DNA of 64,000 nucleotides from Candidatus Poribacteria bacterium (GTDB lineage Bacteria; Poribacteria; WGA-4E; WGA-3G): NCBI GenBank assembly GCA_958295815.1, contig OY282374.1, positions 3,684,682 to 3,748,681 of the forward strand, read 5' to 3'. Shown piece by piece: positions 56,768 to 64,000 of this stretch (position 1 is its first letter; each line of letters starts with the position of its first letter). The notes under the pieces were generated by a model. It saw only the letters and a program-made list of their open reading frames with translations, ran no database searches and was not told where the DNA came from. The position numbers and the translations under genes were made by a program.

Positions 56768-57538
56768 ATGAATAACAACGATACGCAATTATCTAAATGG
56801 CAAAAATTTCGGAAAACTGTCGTATGGGAGTATACTCAAGTTATTGTTGTTGCGCTCATTCTTGTTTTTGGATTCATACGTCCTTTTGTCGTTGAGGCAT
56901 TTAAAATTCCGTCGGGTTCAATGGAAGACACACTCCTTATTGGAGACCGGATTTTGGTATGTAAATTTATCTATGGAATCAAGATCCCTGGCACGGATAT
57001 CAAAGTTTTCGATTTCCATAAACCTGCGCGTGGGGACGTTTTCGTTTTCATTCCACCTCATGATCGGGAACGAAATTTCATTAAGCGGATCGTAGCCGTT
57101 GCAGGGGATACAGTCGAAACTCGTGAAAACACGCTTTATGTGAACGGGGAAGCAGCTAACGATACCCATTATACAAAATACATGACATTTAGCCATTTCA
57201 GAAGAGGTGATTTTCCGCCATTCCGTCAACCGGAGTATCTGCCTGAGGATGAAGCGTTTTCCGACTTCGCTCTAACCGCAAGCCAATTTAGTCGTAAGTT
57301 TCCGGATGGTAAACCGTTCACTGTTCCGAAGGGAATGGTCTTTGCGATGGGCGACAATCGGGATCAGAGTAGCGATAGCCGCTCTTGGGGACCGGTAGAT
57401 ATAGAGGACATCAAAGGGCAAGCTTTTATGGTCTACTGGTCATTTGATGCGCGTCCTGCGAAACTGTGGGAAGTGTGGAAACTGGTAGGGAACGTCAGGT
57501 TTAATCGAATCGGCAAACTCATCCATGCTCATCAGTGA
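56768..57538 (+). CDS. lepB: Signal peptidase I, tandem paralog
   Basis: 'IPSGSMEDTLLIGDRILV', 'FIKRIVAVAGD', and 'GDNRDQSSDSRSWG'. It is roughly 65-70% identical to the upstream copy. Confidence 0.88.
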   Translation: MNNNDTQLSKWQKFRKTVVWEYTQVIVVALILVFGFIRPFVVEAFKIPSGSMEDTLLIGDRILVCKFIYGIKIPGTDIKVFDFHKPARGDVFVFIPPHDRERNFIKRIVAVAGDTVETRENTLYVNGEAANDTHYTKYMTFSHFRRGDFPPFRQPEYLPEDEAFSDFALTASQFSRKFPDGKPFTVPKGMVFAMGDNRDQSSDSRSWGPVDIEDIKGQAFMVYWSFDARPAKLWEVWKLVGNVRFNRIGKLIHAHQ

Positions 57539-57573
57539 TGTGCAATCCAAAAAACACTATAGTGAATTGACTG

Positions 57574-59514
57574 ATGCACCAAGATAGACGACATCTCATT
57601 ATCGGCACAGCGGGACACGTGGACCACGGGAAAACCGCCCTTATCGGCACACTGACTGGTATGGAGACAGATCGACTCAAGGAGGAGCGGGAACGCGGTC
57701 TATCCATTGAATTAGGCTTTGCTTATTTCGATCTGCCAGATGGCTCACGTGCCGGTATCGTTGACGTTCCTGGACATGAAAAATTTATCCGAAGTATGCT
57801 CTCCGGTGCCTACGGAATGGACATCGTCCTCTTTGTAGTAGATGCCAAGGAAGGTGTTCAAGAACAGACGCTTGAACATTTGGCGATTCTGGATTTGTTG
57901 GGTATTTCTAACGGCATCCTCGTCATGACAAAATCGGATCTGGCAACGCCTGACGAGTTGGCGGAAGCCACGGAAATGACGCAGGAGATGCTCGTTGGTA
58001 CAACTCTCGAAGGCGTTCCGACCGTTAGTGTGTCTTCAATTACCGGTGCTGGCATCGATACCCTAAAGCAGACGATTGTCGAACAGGTCGCGCTCGCGAC
58101 AGAAGTCGAAGAAAACGACGGAATCCCGCGACTATACGTTGACAGGGTTTTCACGGTTCAAGGGTTTGGAATTGTTGTTACTGGCACCCTTATAGGAGGC
58201 ACCATTAATCGGGATCAACGGATGGTCCTTCTTCCGCAAGGAGAACCTGTGCGGGTACGCGGCATACAGGTACATAACGAACCGACATCTGTTGCCCAAG
58301 CCGGTCAAAGGACAGCACTAAATCTGTCTGGCACTTCTGTCCAAAACGTTCAGCGCGGCGATGTACTCTGCCCGATCGAGTTTTCACAGGTGACTGATAA
58401 CATAGACGTGTCCTTACAAGTCCTATCTTCGTTTCCACGGATACTGGAACATTGGAGTCGCTTCCGGGCGTATCTCGGAACCCGCGAGATATTTTGTCGA
58501 TTGATTCTATTGGTTGACGAAGCAATTTTACCGGGAGACACTGTGCAAGTCCAACTCCGCTTAGAGCAACCGATCTTGACCTTTAGGGGTGACCGAATCA
58601 TTTTACGAGATTTCTCAGCACAGCATACGGTCGGCGGTGGCGAGGTACTCAATCCTTTTGCCCCTAAGCATAAACGGTTTACGCCAGAAACCGCAGCTAT
58701 CTTAGCACAATGGGAAGAGGCTGATAACACCGATATAGTTAATATCGTCTTGGAAAATAGCAAGAGGCTTTGTATGCCGGAGTCCTACCTCCACTACTAT
58801 CTACCACACTCACAACAGCGCATGAAAACCATTTTAGACGGTTTAGAAACCGATGGAGAAATTGTGCGATGGGATAAATCCGGCAGGACACCTTTAGTTT
58901 CCGACGAAACACGGACCGCAAAAACTAAAGAGAAAATATTAAATACATTAGCAGACTTTCATGCTGCACAGCCCCTTCTTCCGGGTCAAAATGCCACACA
59001 ACTTCAAAGTAAGGTTGAATTGGACGAAACGGGTTTCGAGAAACTGGAGAACCAACTCATTGCAGAGCGTCAACTCGCTAAAGACGGAAATCTCCTCCGT
59101 TTGACCTCCCATGAAATCCAGTTTTCTCAAGAGGAAGAGACCGCTAAAGAGACGTTAGAAAAATTATTCTTAGAGGCAGGCATCCATACCCCAACGCTCA
59201 AAGAACTTAATACACTACTCCCAGAACATACACCTAAAGTTCTTGAATCAACCTTTTACGCGCTTTTACGCTTGGGACAATTCGTTAAAATAGCAGATGA
59301 TTTTTTCATTCACAAAGTTGCTCTTGAAGAGGGGCAGGAATTATTAATTACTTATCTCCGTGAAAATGATATAATAACTGTTGCAGAATTTCGCGAAATC
59401 GCAGAAACCTCTCGAAAATATGCAGTGCCGTTCTTAGAGTACTGCGATAGTAAAAGTATCACGATCCGAGACGGGAATGTTCGTAGATTACATTCACAGT
59501 ATTCGCAGACATAG
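57574..59514 (+). CDS. selB: Selenocysteine-specific translation elongation factor SelB
   Basis: 'IIGTAGHVDHGKTALIGTLTG…DRLKEERERGLSIELGFAYFDL', 'DVPGHEKFIRSM', and 'TKSDL'. The long C-terminal winged-helix extension (646 aa) is typical of bacterial SelB. Confidence 0.9.
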   Translation: MHQDRRHLIIGTAGHVDHGKTALIGTLTGMETDRLKEERERGLSIELGFAYFDLPDGSRAGIVDVPGHEKFIRSMLSGAYGMDIVLFVVDAKEGVQEQTLEHLAILDLLGISNGILVMTKSDLATPDELAEATEMTQEMLVGTTLEGVPTVSVSSITGAGIDTLKQTIVEQVALATEVEENDGIPRLYVDRVFTVQGFGIVVTGTLIGGTINRDQRMVLLPQGEPVRVRGIQVHNEPTSVAQAGQRTALNLSGTSVQNVQRGDVLCPIEFSQVTDNIDVSLQVLSSFPRILEHWSRFRAYLGTREIFCRLILLVDEAILPGDTVQVQLRLEQPILTFRGDRIILRDFSAQHTVGGGEVLNPFAPKHKRFTPETAAILAQWEEADNTDIVNIVLENSKRLCMPESYLHYYLPHSQQRMKTILDGLETDGEIVRWDKSGRTPLVSDETRTAKTKEKILNTLADFHAAQPLLPGQNATQLQSKVELDETGFEKLENQLIAERQLAKDGNLLRLTSHEIQFSQEEETAKETLEKLFLEAGIHTPTLKELNTLLPEHTPKVLESTFYALLRLGQFVKIADDFFIHKVALEEGQELLITYLRENDIITVAEFREIAETSRKYAVPFLEYCDSKSITIRDGNVRRLHSQYSQT

Positions 59515-59533
59515 TTATGCAAGGTTCAAATAT

Positions 59534-59627
59534 GGGGGAGGATAGGGTCCGGTGGCCCTACCGGTCTTCAAAACCGGCTTGTCCATGCAAGTGGATAGGT
59601 GGGTTCGACTCCCACCCTCTCCCGCCA
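59534..59627 (+). tRNA. selC: tRNA-Sec (selenocysteine tRNA, anticodon UCA)
   Basis: A 94-nt sequence with an 8-bp acceptor stem (gggggagg / cctctccc, one G-U), anticodon stem ccggt/accgg with loop cTTCAaa (anticodon TCA), a long variable arm, T-arm gtggg-ttcgact-cccac, discriminator G, and an encoded CCA. It lies 19 nt after selB. Confidence 0.9.
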
Positions 59628-59663
59628 TCCTAATCACAGCGCGAAATAGTCGGAACAAAAACG

Positions 59664-60560
59664 ATGCTCAAAACCCTTCCAATTGTTGACGCAAATAGGC
59701 AGCAACACCGTCATCCGACCTGGATTAAGGCACGGATTCCAGGGGGCGGAAACTATGCTGAACTAAAAAAATTAATGCGTGACTTGGAACTTCACACCGT
59801 TTGTGAAGAAGCGCGATGTCCGAATATCGGCGAATGCTGGAACAGTCGCACCGCCACTTTCATGATATTAGGCGATGTTTGCACGCGGCGTTGCATGTTT
59901 TGTGCCGTCAAGAAAGGTGCCCCTGGTGGTGTTGATACTGATGAACCGAGACGAATCGGTGAGGCAGTCGCCCATTTAAAGCTCAAACACGTTGTGATTA
60001 CCTCTGTCAATCGCGATGATCTACCCGATGGTGGTGCCAGTATTTTCGCTGAATGTATCACTGAAGCCCGAAAAAATCAGCCCGGATGTACAGTGGAAGT
60101 CCTCATTCCCGACCTTGAAGGGAATTGGAAGGCTCTCCAAGTCATTGTACAAGCACGTCCAGAAGTTCTTAATCATAACACAGAGACTGTGGCGCGGCTC
60201 TATCGCCGAGTCCGTCCGTACGCCAATTACCAACAGACCCTAACCCTCCTTGAAATAGTTAAGCAGCTTGACACACAGATGCTCACAAAGTCAGGACTCA
60301 TGGTAGGTTTAGGCGAAACAGTAACAGAACTTTTAGAGACAATGCAGGATATCCGCAATACCGGCTGCGATATACTTACTATCGGGCAATACCTCTCACC
60401 CTCCACACGGCACCTGCCGATCCAACGCTACTACACCCCCGAAGAATTTGACGAACTCAAAGAAGCCGGTGTAGAAATGGGGTTTCGGCATGTGGAATCT
60501 GGACCCCTAGTACGGAGTTCCTATCATGCCGGAGAACAAGCAAGTTTAGGTCAAAACTAA
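59664..60560 (+). CDS. lipA: Lipoyl synthase
   Basis: 'CEEARCPNIGECW' (auxiliary cluster) and 'CTRRCMFCAV' (radical SAM CxxxCxxC), plus the LipA C-terminus. Confidence 0.93.
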   Translation: MLKTLPIVDANRQQHRHPTWIKARIPGGGNYAELKKLMRDLELHTVCEEARCPNIGECWNSRTATFMILGDVCTRRCMFCAVKKGAPGGVDTDEPRRIGEAVAHLKLKHVVITSVNRDDLPDGGASIFAECITEARKNQPGCTVEVLIPDLEGNWKALQVIVQARPEVLNHNTETVARLYRRVRPYANYQQTLTLLEIVKQLDTQMLTKSGLMVGLGETVTELLETMQDIRNTGCDILTIGQYLSPSTRHLPIQRYYTPEEFDELKEAGVEMGFRHVESGPLVRSSYHAGEQASLGQN

Positions 60561-60799
60561 ACATTCCCTGACATCCAATGCCTTAACTGCCCTCCAACCG
60601 TGCTCCATGTGCGCTACTCACAAAACCAATTCGCCTGACTGGAAATTTTCGAGGTTTACACAAAATTTGATATATGGTAGACTAACGCTTGAGGTATCTA
60701 CTCGCGGAATAATGTGAAATGCCTCGCGTCTCCCTATGAGTTAATTTTTAAAAGACAGAAACTTAGGATTGTATCATCGTTAGCACAAGGAGTAGGGAT

Positions 60800-62527
60800 A
60801 TGAAAGAGCACACTTTCTCTAAAGCAACGGGCTATTGCCTATACATGAAATACGCGAGTATTGCCATCTTTATGGCAGCTTTAGCACTTGTTGCAATACC
60901 CGGTATTGTTACTGCCGGTACGGATGTGAATAATTTCCAGCCAGTTACCAATGAGATGTTACTTTCAGCACAAGAGGATTCCGAAAGCTGGCTGATGTAT
61001 GGACGTGATTACAGAAGTTGGCGATACAGTGAACTTACACAGGTTAATACCGAAAACGTCAAAAAACTCGTTCCGAAATGGGCGTTTCAAATTGGAACAG
61101 AGTTCGATAAGTTTGAATGCACCCCTCTGGTCGTTAATGGGATCATGATTATCACCACACCCTATAGCAGTATCTATGCGGTGGATGCCAGAACTGGTAA
61201 GGAATTGTGGCGATATAATTATCCGCTCCAGGATGGACTCGCCATCTGCTGCGGCATGGTCAATCGAGGCGCTGCCATCTTAGGTGATAAAATCTTTTGG
61301 ACGACACTTGACGCACATCTCCTCGCACTTGATGTGAAGACTGGAACGGTGCTGTGGGATCGAGTCGTTGGAGATCCAACCAATGCTGAATCCCTAACCG
61401 TTGCTCCGTTAGTTGTCAATGACAAAGTGATTGTCGGTATATCCGGTGCAGAATACGGCATTCGAGGCTTTATTGATGCCTATTACGCTGAAACGGGTGA
61501 GCAAGCGTGGCGGTTTTACACTGTCCCCTCAAAAGACGAACCCGGCGGCGATACATGGGCTGGTGATTCATGGATGACAGGCGGCGGATCCGCTTGGGTC
61601 ACCGGTTCGTACGATCCAGAATTGAACCTCGTCTACTGGGGAACAGGGAATCCAGCACCGGATTGGAATGGTGCTGTCCGCAGGGGCGACAATCTTTATA
61701 CTGATTGCATTGTCGCATTGGATGCCGACACCGGAGAACTCAAATGGTATTTTCAAGCCACGCCACACGATCTTTGGGACTGGGACGGCGTGAGTGAACC
61801 GGTTCTAATTGATATGGAAATTGATGGGAAACCGGTTAAAGCACTGATGCAAGCGAATCGCAACGGTTATTTCTATGTGCTTGATAGAACGAACGGAAAA
61901 TTTTTATATGCAAGCACCTATTGCGAAATGAACTGGTCTGCGGGTCTTGACGAAAACGGCAGACCTACTGTCAAACCGGGTGTGTCTACCTCGGAAGAAG
62001 GAACGATCCGCGTTTGTCCCGGCGTTGAAGGTGGAAAGAACTGGCCACCCTCAGCCTATAACCCCGCCACAAATTACCTTTATGTGCCATCGCTGGAACT
62101 TTGTGGTTCTTATCACCAAGGTCGCGTTTTCTATATAAAAGGTTTACCTTATGTCGGAAGTGGTATGACAGCAGAAAGGGATGCAGACGGCGACATGGAA
62201 ATGTGGGGACATATCAGCGCGATTGATGTTTCTACGGGTGAAATCAAATGGCGGCACAAAACGAACTTCCCACAATGGGGTGGATGCCTCACAACAGCTG
62301 GCGGTCTCGTTTTCGCAGGTGATTTGGAAGGAAGATTTATGGCACTATCAGCAGAAACCGGTGAAGTGCTTTGGGACTTCCAAACAGGATCAGGGGTGCT
62401 CGCGCCACCGATCACCTATCAACTCGATGGAGTCCAATACGTTGTCATAGCATCGGGTGCTGTAAAGTATGCCGAAGTTAATGCGCGCCAAGGCGGGACA
62501 CTCTTCGTGTTCGCGCTTTTTGAGTAA
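60800..62527 (+). CDS. PQQ-dependent methanol/alcohol dehydrogenase, lanthanide-dependent type (XoxF/ExaF-like)
   Basis: Signal peptide (start may be the second Met, at 60845). The vicinal Cys pair 'LAICCGMVNRGAA' is present. 'TPHDLWDWDGVSEP' aligns to MxaF 'TPHDEWDYAGVN', with Asp replacing Ala at the Ln-coordinating position. There are 8-bladed propeller Trp-docking repeats. Confidence 0.85.
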   Translation: MKEHTFSKATGYCLYMKYASIAIFMAALALVAIPGIVTAGTDVNNFQPVTNEMLLSAQEDSESWLMYGRDYRSWRYSELTQVNTENVKKLVPKWAFQIGTEFDKFECTPLVVNGIMIITTPYSSIYAVDARTGKELWRYNYPLQDGLAICCGMVNRGAAILGDKIFWTTLDAHLLALDVKTGTVLWDRVVGDPTNAESLTVAPLVVNDKVIVGISGAEYGIRGFIDAYYAETGEQAWRFYTVPSKDEPGGDTWAGDSWMTGGGSAWVTGSYDPELNLVYWGTGNPAPDWNGAVRRGDNLYTDCIVALDADTGELKWYFQATPHDLWDWDGVSEPVLIDMEIDGKPVKALMQANRNGYFYVLDRTNGKFLYASTYCEMNWSAGLDENGRPTVKPGVSTSEEGTIRVCPGVEGGKNWPPSAYNPATNYLYVPSLELCGSYHQGRVFYIKGLPYVGSGMTAERDADGDMEMWGHISAIDVSTGEIKWRHKTNFPQWGGCLTTAGGLVFAGDLEGRFMALSAETGEVLWDFQTGSGVLAPPITYQLDGVQYVVIASGAVKYAEVNARQGGTLFVFALFE

Positions 62528-62546
62528 TCTACAGGAGGTATGCGCC

Positions 62547-63422
62547 GTGAAATACCGTATCCTGCTACGGATCCTACTTGGGGCATTGCCTATTTTGATG
62601 TTGCACAATGCATACGCTGGCGATGCCTTGGAAGAGATTCGAGAAAAAGGGGTGTTAACCGTCTGTATGGACGTTCGGAATCTGCCCTACTCTAATGCCG
62701 ATCCAGAACTTCCCGGATTAAATGTTGAGATAGCACATCTACTGGCAGAGGGATTAGGCGTTAAACTGGAACTCCACTGGCTCAACACGCTCCGAGATAG
62801 TCTACTTGCTGATATGTTACGCGGGCATTGCGACTGCGTCATCGGAGTGCCTATTGAAGAGCGTGCTATGAGCGAATCGGTCCAATTAGGTAAGCGCGTC
62901 GACTTTTCTAAACCGTATTACGGCACTGGTTATGTGCTGATAAAACGAAAAGATTTGTCGCAGTCTCCGAAAACGTTGGAAGACATCAAATTGCAAACGA
63001 TTGGGACGGAAGCGGGATCAATCGCAAGTGATGTGCTTCGACAGATGGGGTATACCCGGCACATCTACCGTTCACAAACTGCTGTTCTGGATGCGCTACA
63101 GAAAGGGGAAATCGCTTACGGTTGTATGTGGGCAAACTCCGGTTGGTTGATTGAAAAGGGCTCCCGAATTCAACGGGCAGAAACGACAGACACCGCCTAT
63201 CCTGAATTAGAGATCGTTGACGGGTACATTCCCGAACCTCGCCTCCGTTGGAACGTCTCTATCGCTTTTAGCAAAACTACGTCAAAGCGAGACACACAAG
63301 CACTTCAAGATGCTGTTAACACAATTATCGAACAGAAATGGAGTGAGGAAAAACTCAAAGAACTCGCGCAGAAGTACAATTTACCTTACTTCGCGCCGTT
63401 TCAGGAGGATGAACAGAAATGA
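62547..63422 (+). CDS. Quinoprotein-dehydrogenase-associated periplasmic solute-binding-like protein (MxaJ/XoxJ-like)
   Basis: An SD 'aggagg' lies 8 nt before the GTG at 62547. A signal peptide is followed by an SBP family-3-like fold (…GVLTVCMDVRNLPYSNAD…). It sits immediately downstream of the PQQ-ADH and its stop overlaps the next ATG (ATGA). Confidence 0.65.
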   Translation: MKYRILLRILLGALPILMLHNAYAGDALEEIREKGVLTVCMDVRNLPYSNADPELPGLNVEIAHLLAEGLGVKLELHWLNTLRDSLLADMLRGHCDCVIGVPIEERAMSESVQLGKRVDFSKPYYGTGYVLIKRKDLSQSPKTLEDIKLQTIGTEAGSIASDVLRQMGYTRHIYRSQTAVLDALQKGEIAYGCMWANSGWLIEKGSRIQRAETTDTAYPELEIVDGYIPEPRLRWNVSIAFSKTTSKRDTQALQDAVNTIIEQKWSEEKLKELAQKYNLPYFAPFQEDEQK

Positions 63423-64000
63423 TACACTCTACCTATGGTTTTATAGGCGTGCTTTTGACGCGCGCTTCCAAAATGCGTGAGCGTACAACTTCTACCATAT
63501 ACATAGTATTGGGCATTCTCCTTCTCTTTTCCGGTATGAACGTCCTTCTCCATGCGCAAGAGTTAGAGGTGGACGTTGCACCAGCGACAACGACGGTATA
63601 CGATTACGACGAAGATGTTATAGATGGCGCGTTCTATTTTCGCTTGATGTGTTGGAATTGCCACGCCGCACAATCCCGTGGTGGGAGAGCACCTGATCTC
63701 TTCAAAGCGCAGTGGCTCTATGGGTGGACCGATGACGGTATCTACCAAACCGTATTCAATGGACTGCCAGGGACCCAAATGCAAAAGTTTGGGGACAAAC
63801 TTTCCGATGAGGCAATCGAGATGATTGTTGGCTATGTCCGTTCGGAGCAAGCAAAAGCTGCGGGTGTTTCCTTGGATGAACTAAAGTCTGACGAGGAATG
63901 GACGCCCTACATGGAGGGTGATGTCAAAGCTGGAGAGGAAATTTTCTTCTCGGAAGGGTACGCTTGCGGTAAATGCCACACAGTTCACGGCAGAGGTGCC
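63419..64000 (+). CDS. c-type cytochrome with at least two heme-binding motifs; 3' end outside the window
   Basis: Reading from the ATG at 63419 gives MIHSTYGF…, a signal/TM segment, then 'MCWNCHAAQSRGG' and 'CGKCHTVHGRG' (CxxCH x2). The frame is open to the window end and is absent from the ORF track because no stop falls within the window. Confidence 0.7.
   Translation, partial: MIHSTYGFIGVLLTRASKMRERTTSTIYIVLGILLLFSGMNVLLHAQELEVDVAPATTTVYDYDEDVIDGAFYFRLMCWNCHAAQSRGGRAPDLFKAQWLYGWTDDGIYQTVFNGLPGTQMQKFGDKLSDEAIEMIVGYVRSEQAKAAGVSLDELKSDEEWTPYMEGDVKAGEEIFFSEGYACGKCHTVHGRGA

Noticed and set aside
62469-62546. Upstream extension of the XoxJ-like ORF (start at 62469)
   Set aside because: The extension overlaps the PQQ-ADH 3' end. 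The GTG at 62547 has a good 'aggagg' SD and begins the signal peptide.
63563-63850. 95-aa minus-strand ORF
   Set aside because: It is antisense to the + strand cytochrome c reading frame, which has CxxCH motifs and a signal peptide.

Overview
This is a 64-kb chromosomal window from a Gram-negative bacterium with roughly mid-range GC and dense, mostly housekeeping coding. Reliable landmarks are aspS, der, lepA, tandem lepB paralogs, selB followed by tRNA-Sec, lipA, pckG, mazG, nfi, a Tat-exported Fe/Mn SOD, a BamA/TamA-like Omp85, PBP4/DacB, and a citramalate/isopropylmalate synthase.

Gene content hints at a marine, possibly symbiotic, candidate-phylum lifestyle: two large LRR/dockerin proteins with a T9SS/FlgD-like C-terminal sorting domain, a Planctomycete-type cytochrome c (PSCyt1-like) N-terminus on one of them, three phytanoyl-CoA-dioxygenase paralogs, a sulfatase, a sulfite-oxidase-like molybdoenzyme, and a lanthanide-type PQQ alcohol dehydrogenase cluster (xoxF/xoxJ/cytochrome c). 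The taxon is inference only.

The most unusual region is a small accessory island at about 18.6-21.5 kb. It is bounded by hairpin repeats and holds a decayed AlbA_2/wHTH (Schlafen-like) regulator remnant with an in-frame stop, followed by a translationally coupled pair: a soluble ABC-type (AAA_21/DUF3696-like) ATPase and a 177-aa PIN-like protein. This is a candidate two-gene anti-phage or abortive-infection module that I cannot assign to a named system from memory.

Other notable features are an intact ISAs1-family IS with 18-bp inverted repeats next to an 18-bp x4 tandem repeat, and a recurring composite intergenic element: a GGTT-loop-AACC hairpin followed about 30 nt later by a conserved 'tGTAAAATCTACyATrGTTG' motif. 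Several housekeeping proteins (Der, AspRS, the DAACS transporter, an AI-2E transporter with a propeller insertion) carry large lineage-specific insertions.
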